Shown here in pieces: positions 55,835 to 64,000 of a stretch of DNA of 64,000 bases. Origin of the DNA: Myxococcota bacterium (GTDB lineage Bacteria > Myxococcota_A > UBA9042 > PHBI01 > JAWLBL01); assembly GCA_041687695.1 (NCBI GenBank), contig JAWLBL010000004.1, positions 96,001 to 160,000 on the forward strand. The letters are read 5' to 3'. Made by a program: the position numbers and the translations under genes. How positions within the stretch are numbered: the stretch's first letter is position 1; each line of letters opens with the position of its first letter. The notes under the pieces were generated by a model, which saw nothing but the letters and a program-made list of their open reading frames with translations, was not told where the DNA came from and ran no database searches.

Positions 55835-58369
55835 ATGAGGGCTCTCGCCTTCGCGGTGACAGGGGCGACGCTGGCGCTGGCCGGGTGCGCCGATTGGTTC
55901 GAGGAGCAGTTCACCAAGCAGCTGCCCGACATCGACGCGAACCTGGGTGACATCACCTTCGATCCGACGGACGGCAAGGGCGTCGGCGAGGCCTGTCAGA
56001 AGGACCCGGGCGGCTTCACGGACTGCCGCCTGGGGCTGCGCTGCCTGGACGGCGAGTGCATGGCCGTCGGCGACACGCCCGAGAACCAGCCGTGCATGCT
56101 GACCGCCGAGTGCGGCGACGGGCTGCACTGCTCGCTGGTCGGCCTGTGCAAGCCAGGCGGCGAGGGCCCCGTGGGCGCGCCGTGCGCCAGCAGCGCCGAG
56201 TGCGAGGCGGGGCTGTTCTGCGCGGCCGTCGGGTTCGCGGGCGTCTGCGCCCAGCCGGGCGCGGGCGACGTCCACGACAGCTGCCAGACGACCGGCGACT
56301 GCATGGCCGGGCTGGTGTGCGCGTCGGGCCAGAGCTGCCAGCCGGGCAGCCTCAGCTACCACAACTACAAGCCCTGGCCGGGCGTGGCCTGCCCCGAGCC
56401 CACCGGCGCGCCGCGGCCCTACTTCCGCATCCCGCGCGACGACGTCAACGACTTCTTCGCGCTGCCCTTCCCCAACGACGTCCGCGTCAAGGGCGGGCGC
56501 CTGCGCCTCGACGGCTTCCCGACGCCCGGCCCCGGCGTCGTCGGCTTCGACGCCGTCGCCCGCATCGTGGACGCCCTCGAGGCCGACCAGAGCGGCTTCT
56601 CGACCGTCCCCTCGGTCTTCTTCCGGTTCTCGGCCGCGCTCGACTACAGCAGCATCAAGACCGGCGAGGCCGCGACGCTGCACTTCGTCAACATCGACCC
56701 CGACAGCCCGAGCTACGGCGCCAGCGTCCCCGCCTATCGCTGGTGGGCCACCGACGGCCGGGGCAAGTACATCTGCGAGCGCTACCTGGTCGTCCAGGCC
56801 GCCTGGGACTACCCGCTGCAGCCCGAGACCACCTACGCGGTCGTCCTGACCCAGGGGCTGCGCACGCCCGACGCCGTCGAGCTCGTCGCGGACAAGGACC
56901 TCGAGCTGATGCTCAGCAAGCAGAAGCCGGGCGGCGCCATCGAGGGCTCGGCCTGGGAGGCCTACGCGCCGCTGCGCGCCTGGCTCGACGACGCCGAGGC
57001 CCAGGCCAAGGGCAAGAACCTGTCGGCCGACGCGGTCGTCGGCGCCGCCGTCTTCACCACCCAACCCACGCGCCACGTGCTGCCCGCGCTGCGCGACGCC
57101 GTCGTGGCCGAGCCCGCGCCGGCCCCGGTCGACCTGACGCTGTGCGACGGCGCCACCGCCAGCCCCTGCGACGACGGCCTGACCGGCGACGCCCACGTCC
57201 GCGGCTGCTTCGACGTCTCGCCCGACGTCTACGAGCTGCACATGAAGCTGGACTTCCCGGTCGTGCAGCAGGGCACGCGCCCCTACGCCACGCCGGCCGA
57301 CGGCGGCGGGCTGGCCCTCGACGGCCAGGGCCAGCCGCAGGTGACGGGCACCGAGCCCGTCTGCGTCAGCCTGACCATCCCCAAGAACACGCCGATGCCG
57401 GCCGCCGGCTGGCCCGTCGTCCTGTACGGCCACGGCACCGGCGGCACCTTCCGCTCGGCCGTGCGCGACGCGGGCGTGCCGCTGGCCGCCATCGCCACCG
57501 GCGAGGGGACGGTCGGAGCGGCGGTGGTCGGCTTCGAGGGGCCCATGCACGGCAGCCGCCGCGGCGCCGATCTCGAGCCCGAGGCCCTGTTCTACAACTT
57601 CGGCAACCCGGCCGCCGCCAAGGGCAACCTGTACCAGGGCGCCGCCGACTTCTTCCACCTGACCCGCGCCTTGCGCCAGCTGACCATCCCGGCCGCCGAG
57701 AGCCCGACCGGGGCCGAGCTGCGCTTCGATCCCGGCAAGGTCCTCATCGTCGGCCACAGCCAGGGCGCCTCGACCGGCGCGCTGGCCGCGCCCTACGAGC
57801 CCGACGTGCAGGCGACCGTCTGGAGCGGCGCCGGCGCCGGCCTGGTCCTGAGCCTGCTGGCCAAGACGCAGCCGGTCGACACCAAGGGCGGCGTCGCCGT
57901 GGCGCTGCAAGAGGTCGGCGAGCAGGGCCCCTACGAGCTGAACGACCGCCACCCGGTCCTGTCGCTCATCCAGACCTACTTCGACCCGGTCGACCCGGTG
58001 AACCACGCGGATCTGCAGATCCGGCGCCCGCGCGACGGCCACGCGCCGCAGCACGTGCTGCACGTCTACGGGCTCGACGACCACTTCACGCCGCCGGCCA
58101 CCATCGAGACCTTCGCGCGCCTTTTGGGCGTGCAGCAGGTCACGCCCATCCTGAAGGGCGTCGTCTCCGAGGACCACCAGGTCGAGCCCCCGGTCAGCGG
58201 CAACTTGAAGGGCGGCCAGGCGACCGGCGCCCTCATCCAGGCCAAGGCGGCGGCCGACAGCGACGGCCACTTCGTGATGTTCCGCGACGCCCAGGCCAAG
58301 GAGCGCTATCGCCAGTTCGTCGGGACCTGGATCCGCGACGGCGTCCCGACGGTGGTGCCCGGCCCATGA
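55835..58369 (+). CDS. Lipoprotein: Cys-rich repeats, Ig-like domain and alpha/beta-hydrolase (lipase-like)
   Basis: Lipobox LAGC, FFALPFPND, GWPVVLYGHGTGG, GHSQG nucleophile elbow, downstream D and H candidates. Confidence 0.82.
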   Translation: MRALAFAVTGATLALAGCADWFEEQFTKQLPDIDANLGDITFDPTDGKGVGEACQKDPGGFTDCRLGLRCLDGECMAVGDTPENQPCMLTAECGDGLHCSLVGLCKPGGEGPVGAPCASSAECEAGLFCAAVGFAGVCAQPGAGDVHDSCQTTGDCMAGLVCASGQSCQPGSLSYHNYKPWPGVACPEPTGAPRPYFRIPRDDVNDFFALPFPNDVRVKGGRLRLDGFPTPGPGVVGFDAVARIVDALEADQSGFSTVPSVFFRFSAALDYSSIKTGEAATLHFVNIDPDSPSYGASVPAYRWWATDGRGKYICERYLVVQAAWDYPLQPETTYAVVLTQGLRTPDAVELVADKDLELMLSKQKPGGAIEGSAWEAYAPLRAWLDDAEAQAKGKNLSADAVVGAAVFTTQPTRHVLPALRDAVVAEPAPAPVDLTLCDGATASPCDDGLTGDAHVRGCFDVSPDVYELHMKLDFPVVQQGTRPYATPADGGGLALDGQGQPQVTGTEPVCVSLTIPKNTPMPAAGWPVVLYGHGTGGTFRSAVRDAGVPLAAIATGEGTVGAAVVGFEGPMHGSRRGADLEPEALFYNFGNPAAAKGNLYQGAADFFHLTRALRQLTIPAAESPTGAELRFDPGKVLIVGHSQGASTGALAAPYEPDVQATVWSGAGAGLVLSLLAKTQPVDTKGGVAVALQEVGEQGPYELNDRHPVLSLIQTYFDPVDPVNHADLQIRRPRDGHAPQHVLHVYGLDDHFTPPATIETFARLLGVQQVTPILKGVVSEDHQVEPPVSGNLKGGQATGALIQAKAAADSDGHFVMFRDAQAKERYRQFVGTWIRDGVPTVVPGP

Positions 58370-59142
58370 CCGGACGCCGGCTTCGCACGGCCGCCCTGGT
58401 CGCCGCCACCTGGGCGGCCGCGGCCTGTGGACGGGCCGACGCGCCCCCGGCCGAGCGCCCCGGCAACCCGCTCGGCGACCGGCCGGCGACCACGATCGGG
58501 GCCTTCGACCCGGCCGAGGTGCGGGCCACGCTGCGCGGCCACTGGGAGGTCTACGAGGGCAAGCGCCTGCTCTGGGAGTTCGTCATCGACGATCAGCGCA
58601 TCCAGGTCGTCGACCGGCGCTTCGCCCAGCCCACGGTGCGTGAGGGCGCGCTGGTCATCCGCTCGCACACGGGCTTCGGCCTGCGCGACGCCGACGACGT
58701 GACCTACTACTACGCCTTCGTGCCGGCCGAGGACGGCATGCGCATGGGCCTGGGCGACGCCATCTGGATGGGGCCGGACGACGGCTTCACGGCGCACCTC
58801 GGCGCCTGGGAGCGCCTGCAACGCACGCCCGACGGGTGCACGCTGACGACGACCTGGGCCGGCCAGACGACCGAGCGCGAGGTCAAGTGCGGCTTCACGA
58901 CCAAGGACGACCGGGCGATGTTCTTCTACGAGGCCGAGGACAAGTTCCGCCGCGGCCGCCTGAAGACCTACGAGCTGTTCGTCTCGGGTGAGTACCTGGT
59001 GAGCCCGGATCTGTACCGCACCCAGGCGCGCCGCAAGGACGCGCCGCAGCCGCCCGCGCCCGATGCCTCGGAGGCGGAGGCGGACGCCGAGGCGCCGCCA
59101 GAGGTCGAAGCGCCGGACGCCGAGGCGTCAGGGGACCAGTAG
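58366..59142 (+). CDS. Hypothetical lipoprotein
   Basis: ATGA coupling to the lipase-like gene, lipobox AAAC-G, beta-rich sequence. Confidence 0.72.
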   Translation: MTGRRLRTAALVAATWAAAACGRADAPPAERPGNPLGDRPATTIGAFDPAEVRATLRGHWEVYEGKRLLWEFVIDDQRIQVVDRRFAQPTVREGALVIRSHTGFGLRDADDVTYYYAFVPAEDGMRMGLGDAIWMGPDDGFTAHLGAWERLQRTPDGCTLTTTWAGQTTEREVKCGFTTKDDRAMFFYEAEDKFRRGRLKTYELFVSGEYLVSPDLYRTQARRKDAPQPPAPDASEAEADAEAPPEVEAPDAEASGDQ

Positions 59143-61497
59143 CCGCGAGCGCTTGGGCGGGACGGTGACCTTCAGGGTCGCGCCGGTGGCGTTGAGCGAC
59201 TCGCCGTCGACCGCGTCGGTCCAGGGGCCGGCGCCCGGGGGGACCGGCACGTCGACCGTCACGGGCTGCGCCCCGCGGTTGAAGGCGCCGATGGCGACCT
59301 CGCCCGCGAGGCTGCGCGTCAGGACCAGGTGATCGGGGCCGCTGGCGACCATCGCCAGGTCGCCGCGGCGCAGGGCCGGCGAGGCCAGGCGGGCCTTCAT
59401 CACCTTGGCCACGTGCGCGCGCACCTCGAGCTGCTGCGCGCTCAGCCCCGCCCAGGGCAGCTCGCGTCGGTTGTCGGGGTCGCCGGCGCCCGCGAGGCCG
59501 ACCTCGTCGCCGTAGTAGACCAGCGGCACCCACGGGGTCGCGGCCAGGAAGGTGAAGGCGTGGCGCAGGCGCTCGTAGGCCTCGTCCGAGGCGGGCTGGG
59601 CGGGCGGGTCGTTCCAGCCCTGCTCGGTGGCGCCGTTGCCCCACACGTCGCCGATCTGCCCCGCCGCGTGCGACACGAAGCGCGCGACGTCGTGGTTGCC
59701 CAGGAACGACGCCATGATCGCGCCGGGGTCGTAGTAGGCCGTCGTGGCCGTCAGGACGTCGCCCAGCGTGTCGAGGCCGATCTCGTGGCGGCCGAAGGCC
59801 TGCAGGACGGCCCAGTACAGCGGGAAGTCGAACTGCCCGTACAGCTGGGTGTCGCCGATGTACTGCTTGATGAGCTGCTCGGCCTCGCCGTCGCCGCCGC
59901 CCCACATGCCGGTGAAGGTCTCGCCGACGGTCCAGAAGGGCTGGTCGGCGTGGGCCTCGAGGTGCGCGTCGAGCTTGGCGCGCAGGGTGTAGAGGAAGTG
60001 CGGATGCACGTGCTTGACGGCGTCGACCCGGAAGCCGTCGAGATCGGCCTCGCGGGCCCACCACAGGGCGACCTCGGTCATGTGCTCGACGACGGCGTCG
60101 TTGCGGTAGTCGAGATCGGGCAGGTAACTCTGGAACCAGCAGGTCTCGGGCTGATCCCAGCCGCAGACGTAGGGCGGCGTGTTGAACCAGCCGTCGTGCT
60201 GGTGGTCGAGCCAGATGGGGGCCGTGTCGTGGACGTGGTTGGCGGCGAGATCGACCAGCACGCGCAGGCCCCGGGCGTGGGCGGCGCGGACCAGGGCGCG
60301 CAGATCCTCGAGGGTGCCGTAGCGCTCCTCGGTGGCGGTGAGCTGGACCGGGAAGTAGCCGTGGTAGGCGGTGTAGGTGAAGCCGCCGATGCCCGCCATG
60401 CAGCCTTCGGGGTTGTCGTTGGGCGCGCTGAGCCACAGGGCGTTGACGCCCAGATCGGTGAAGTAGCCCTCCTCGATGGCGGCGGTGACGCCCTTCCAGT
60501 CGCCGCCGCGCCAGCTGCCCAGGGGGTCCGCGGCGGGGCAGGGCGAGGCGCCGGCCGGCTCGTTGGGCACGCCGCCGTCGCGGAAACGATCGGTGAAGGC
60601 GAAGTACAGGACCGCGTCGCGCCAGCTGAAGGGCTGGGCGAGCTGCGGCTCGACCCAGAAGCTGACGAGCAGGGGCTCGGCGGGGCCGTGGACGCTGTCC
60701 GCGTCGAAGCGGAAGGTGTGCTTGCCGGCCGGCAGGCCCTGGAGGTCGACCAGGAAGGTGCCGCGCGCCGGGTCCCAGGCGGCGGGCAGCGGGTCGAAGT
60801 TGTGGGTGGCGCGCAGCGAGCCCACGTCGAGGTCGCCGTCGACGCCGCGCTGGGGGGCGACCTCGACGCGGGCCGCGCCGGTCGCCGGGTCGAGGGTGCG
60901 CTCGAGCAGGGCGAGGGCCGGCCGGCGGCAGTCGGGGACGAGCAGCTTGGAGTTGGCGACGCCGTCGTCGAAGCGCTGCATCTTGTTGGCGGGGTCGAGG
61001 CGCCAGTCGGGCGCGCCGCCGGGGCCGACGACGACCAGCTTGTAACCGTGGCTGCCGGGGGGCAGGGCCGTGAGATCGAGCGTGACGCGGAAGACGTCGT
61101 CCGGGCCCTTGTCGAGGGGGAGCGCCTGGGGATCCCAGCCGTTGAACGAGCCGGCGAGGTGGACGGTGTACACGGCCTCGCCAGGGGGCGGCGCATAGGT
61201 GACGACGTGCTCGCAGGCGCGGGTCGACAGCTCGGCGGGGGGGACGTCGGCGAGCGTCGTCTCGGAGGCGCTGGCGTCCGCGTCGGGCGGGGCGGTGACG
61301 TCCGGGCCGACGTCGGGCGCCGGCGGGGCGTCGAGCAGGAGGCCGTCGCCCGGGGTGACCTCGAGGCCCGGGCCCGGGTCGGAGGCGGGCGCGTCGAGGG
61401 CGGCGTCGGGGTTGAGGGCCTGCGGGTCGGCGGAGCAGGCGGCGAGGACGGCGGCCAGGGCAGCGGTGATCGTGGCGCGGAGGCGGTGGATTCGCAT
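59128..61497 (-). CDS. Alpha-amylase family (GH13) lipoprotein with CBM48-like domain
   Basis: Lipobox LAAC, VHLAGSFNGW, YHGY, DLAANH, DGFRVDAVKH, VGE, NHD, YYGDE. Confidence 0.92.
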   Translation of the reverse strand: MRIHRLRATITAALAAVLAACSADPQALNPDAALDAPASDPGPGLEVTPGDGLLLDAPPAPDVGPDVTAPPDADASASETTLADVPPAELSTRACEHVVTYAPPPGEAVYTVHLAGSFNGWDPQALPLDKGPDDVFRVTLDLTALPPGSHGYKLVVVGPGGAPDWRLDPANKMQRFDDGVANSKLLVPDCRRPALALLERTLDPATGAARVEVAPQRGVDGDLDVGSLRATHNFDPLPAAWDPARGTFLVDLQGLPAGKHTFRFDADSVHGPAEPLLVSFWVEPQLAQPFSWRDAVLYFAFTDRFRDGGVPNEPAGASPCPAADPLGSWRGGDWKGVTAAIEEGYFTDLGVNALWLSAPNDNPEGCMAGIGGFTYTAYHGYFPVQLTATEERYGTLEDLRALVRAAHARGLRVLVDLAANHVHDTAPIWLDHQHDGWFNTPPYVCGWDQPETCWFQSYLPDLDYRNDAVVEHMTEVALWWAREADLDGFRVDAVKHVHPHFLYTLRAKLDAHLEAHADQPFWTVGETFTGMWGGGDGEAEQLIKQYIGDTQLYGQFDFPLYWAVLQAFGRHEIGLDTLGDVLTATTAYYDPGAIMASFLGNHDVARFVSHAAGQIGDVWGNGATEQGWNDPPAQPASDEAYERLRHAFTFLAATPWVPLVYYGDEVGLAGAGDPDNRRELPWAGLSAQQLEVRAHVAKVMKARLASPALRRGDLAMVASGPDHLVLTRSLAGEVAIGAFNRGAQPVTVDVPVPPGAGPWTDAVDGESLNATGATLKVTVPPKRSRLLVP

Positions 61498-61632
61498 ACG
61501 ATGACGACCATACGCGAACGCGGCGTTCGGGGGCAGCCCCGTAGGGTGGCACGGGGGCTGCCGGCGACGCGCGCCAGCCGACGAGGAGCCGGAGCGATGG
61601 TGAGGACGGGCCAGCAGAGCGAGGGGCGGACG

Positions 61633-62628
61633 ATGGGGACGCGCGGGCGAGGTGCCTTCATCGGGTTGGTGGCGTTGGGGCTCGGCAGCGTCGGGCTGGC
61701 GTCCGGCTGCCGGCAGGGCGCCGAGCCGCCGGCCGCCGAGGAGCCGGGCGCCGAAAAGCCCGGGAAGGAGGAGGGCGCGCGCGCCGTCACGCTGACCATC
61801 AAGGCCGAGTTCCCGGAGCTGCCGGCCGGCGCCCGGGTCGTCGCGCCCTCGGCGCGCGATCGGCAGCAGCTGCGCGTCGCGCGCACGGATCACACGGGCC
61901 TCGTGGGCCAGGTGGCGTCGATCGACGAGACCGAGAGCCTGGTCTTCGTCAGCGACCCGGTCGCGGGCGGGCCGGCGACCTACGAGGCGCGGCTGGACGT
62001 GACGCTGCGCCCGGTCACGGCGGTGGATCTGGCCAACGTCCCGCAGGACGCCTGGCCCGAGGGGCAGGCGCCCCAGGTCGCGCCCGGTCCGGCCGAGCTG
62101 GCCCCGGTGGCCGCGCCGCTCAACGCCGAGGCGGGCGCGCCGGCGGCGCGGACGATCAAGGCGCTGGAGCTGGCCAAGGGCTGGAAGGTCGAGGCCAACG
62201 GGGCGACCGACCCGCTCGAGGTCGCGCGCGAGGGCGCGGGCTCGCCGTACGGCATCACCTCGGCCTTCGTGGCCGTGCTGTCGCACGCGGGCGTCCCGGC
62301 GCGGGTGGTGCACGGCCTGGTGCTGCCCGAGGCCGAGACCGGCGCGGCGCGGCCCGCGGCCTGGGCCGAGGTGCAGCTGCCGACGGTGGGCTGGGTCCCG
62401 GTCGATCCGGTCGCGGCGCGCGAGCAGGGCGCCCCGCCGCAGGGCACCCGGGCGCTCGATCGCGTGCCGCTGGTCTACGGGGCGGAGATCACCGTGCCGG
62501 GCACGACGGCTACCGTGCAGCACGCGCTGGGGGGCCCGGTGGCGGTCGTCGGCGAGGGCGAGGCGACGAAGATCATCGAGCCGACCACCTACTCGGCGCA
62601 GGTCGCGCCGCAGGCCGACGTCAAGTAG
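61633..62628 (+). CDS. Transglutaminase-like domain lipoprotein, catalytic Cys and His apparently lost
   Basis: Lipobox ASGC. FVAVLSHAGVPARVVHG...AWAEVQLPTVGWVPVDP. Confidence 0.75.
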   Translation: MGTRGRGAFIGLVALGLGSVGLASGCRQGAEPPAAEEPGAEKPGKEEGARAVTLTIKAEFPELPAGARVVAPSARDRQQLRVARTDHTGLVGQVASIDETESLVFVSDPVAGGPATYEARLDVTLRPVTAVDLANVPQDAWPEGQAPQVAPGPAELAPVAAPLNAEAGAPAARTIKALELAKGWKVEANGATDPLEVAREGAGSPYGITSAFVAVLSHAGVPARVVHGLVLPEAETGAARPAAWAEVQLPTVGWVPVDPVAAREQGAPPQGTRALDRVPLVYGAEITVPGTTATVQHALGGPVAVVGEGEATKIIEPTTYSAQVAPQADVK

Positions 62629-62655
62629 TCGCGCCGCAGGCCGAGGCCAAGTAGC

Positions 62656-63999
62656 TCACGGCGCGGCCTCGGGCCGCGCGGCCTCGGGCCGCGGCTCGGG
62701 TGGCGTCGCCAAAGGCGTCGCCGGCGGCGTAGCTTGGGGCGTCGCCGGCGGCGTCGCTGAAGGCGTCGTCATCGGCGGGAAGACGCGCCGCGCCTCGTCG
62801 GCCTCGTGCCACCACAGGCCGTCGGGGGTGGCGCGGTACTGATCGGCGCCCACCGTGACCAGGGTCCCGTCGCCCCCGAGGGCGGGGCCCTGGCCCAGCG
62901 CCGTCCAGTGGGCGCCCAGATCGCGCGTCTCGAAGCGCTCGCCCGCCTCGGTGCGCGCCAGGACGTGGTCGAGGCGCCCGTCGACCAGCGTCACGTCCGA
63001 CAAGCGCGTCGCGGGGTTCGAGCCCTCGGTCCCGGCCGGCGAGGGCACGCGGGTCCAGCGGTCGCCCCCGTCGCGGGTCGCGAACAGCTCGCCGCCGAAG
63101 ACGCCGCGCCCGCCGTCGCGGCACACCGCGCCCAGGGCCAGCGCGTGTCCCGGCCGGTGGGCGTCGGCGGCCACCTCGCGCGCGGCGGTCTGCAGCCGCC
63201 CGTCGTCACCCTGCACCGGGACGCGCCGCCATGATCGGCCGCCGTCGTCCGAGCGCCAGACGGCCCCGCGCGTCTGCGGGTCGACGACGCCCGGCTCGTC
63301 GCACCGGCCCGCGTCCGCGACCCACAGCGCGCCCTCGGGCCCGGCCGCCACGGCGCTGACCGGGTGCGGCTCGCGCTCGGCGCGCCGGGTCGGATCGGCG
63401 GGGAAGGCGATCCGCACCTCGCGCGCGCGCCAGTCGCCCTCGAAGCCGCACGGGCCGCCGCGGTGCAGGACCAGCTCGGTGTCGGCGCCGTTCGACACCA
63501 GCGCCACCACCAGCTCGCGCAGGCGCGTCTCGCCGTCGCCACCCGCGGCCGCCCAGCAGTCGTCGCCGGCCATCGGCGCCGTCGTGATGCGGGACACCTG
63601 CCGCGTCGACAGGTCCAGCAACCCCACGCCGTCCGCGTCGCTGAAGTACAGCGCCGAGGCGTCGGCCCGGGGCGCCGCGTACCCGAAGTCGGCGCCCTCG
63701 CGCTCTACGAAGACCTCGCGTTGCTCGGGGGCCGCGCAGGCGACGCGCCACAGGACGCCGGCGGGGCGGGGCCGATCGGGCGCCGCGTAGTCGTGGCGGA
63801 GCGCGAGCAGGACGTGCTGGGCGTCGAGCGGCCAGGCGACCAGCTCGGTCCCGGGCGGCAGGGGCTCGAGCCAGGTGAGGGGGCGGCCGGCCAGCGTCGG
63901 CGGCCCCGCGTCGGCGGGCTCGGGCGCGCAGGCCAGCTCGGGCGGGTGGTCGGGCGCCGGAGGGATGTTCCGCGGATCGTACCCGCCGGTCGGGCGGCG
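62656..63999 (-). CDS. BNR/Asp-box beta-propeller protein (N-terminus beyond window)
   Basis: Frame is open to the window edge. Asp-boxes WRSDDGGRSW, ATRDGGDRW, ETRDLGAHW. Confidence 0.72.
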   Translation of the reverse strand, partial: RRPTGGYDPRNIPPAPDHPPELACAPEPADAGPPTLAGRPLTWLEPLPPGTELVAWPLDAQHVLLALRHDYAAPDRPRPAGVLWRVACAAPEQREVFVEREGADFGYAAPRADASALYFSDADGVGLLDLSTRQVSRITTAPMAGDDCWAAAGGDGETRLRELVVALVSNGADTELVLHRGGPCGFEGDWRAREVRIAFPADPTRRAEREPHPVSAVAAGPEGALWVADAGRCDEPGVVDPQTRGAVWRSDDGGRSWRRVPVQGDDGRLQTAAREVAADAHRPGHALALGAVCRDGGRGVFGGELFATRDGGDRWTRVPSPAGTEGSNPATRLSDVTLVDGRLDHVLARTEAGERFETRDLGAHWTALGQGPALGGDGTLVTVGADQYRATPDGLWWHEADEARRVFPPMTTPSATPPATPQATPPATPLATPPEPRPEAARPEAAP

Positions 64000-64000
64000 G

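Noticed and set aside
61547..61561. Sigma-54 promoter (TGGCACG-N4-CTGC)
   Set aside because: Imperfect -12 box embedded in a GC-rich inverted repeat, so it could be chance.

Overview
Very GC-rich bacterial DNA, most likely from a Myxococcota member (inferred from a MYXO-CTERM-type tail, many Cys-rich repeat lipoproteins, and a Ser/Thr kinase next to a TPR/PEGA gene). It holds about 45 real CDSs. Housekeeping genes: UvrD-type helicase, ltaE, era-der, yfgM/bamB-like pair, add, argF-arcC, pgsA. The rest are mostly exported or envelope proteins. No rRNA, tRNA, CRISPR array or transposase could be supported. Main points of interest: (1) a ~3.1 kb island between ltaE and era, where one intact HNH endonuclease gene sits among four different tandem arrays (42 bp palindromic, 21 bp, a 24-33 bp higher-order array, 9 bp) plus a long nested hairpin; (2) a translationally coupled pair of uncharacterised paralogues with a possible GNAT-like fold, at the end of a kinase gene cluster; (3) three exported enzyme homologues that have lost catalytic residues (ClpP-like, CHAP/NlpC-like, transglutaminase-like); (4) a lipoprotein with an apparent BPI/LBP-like lipid-binding region; (5) a ~105 aa acidic insertion inside the second GTPase domain of Der; (6) a lower-GC insert carrying an FGE/C-type-lectin-fold gene. 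All calls come from motif reading by eye, with no database searches.
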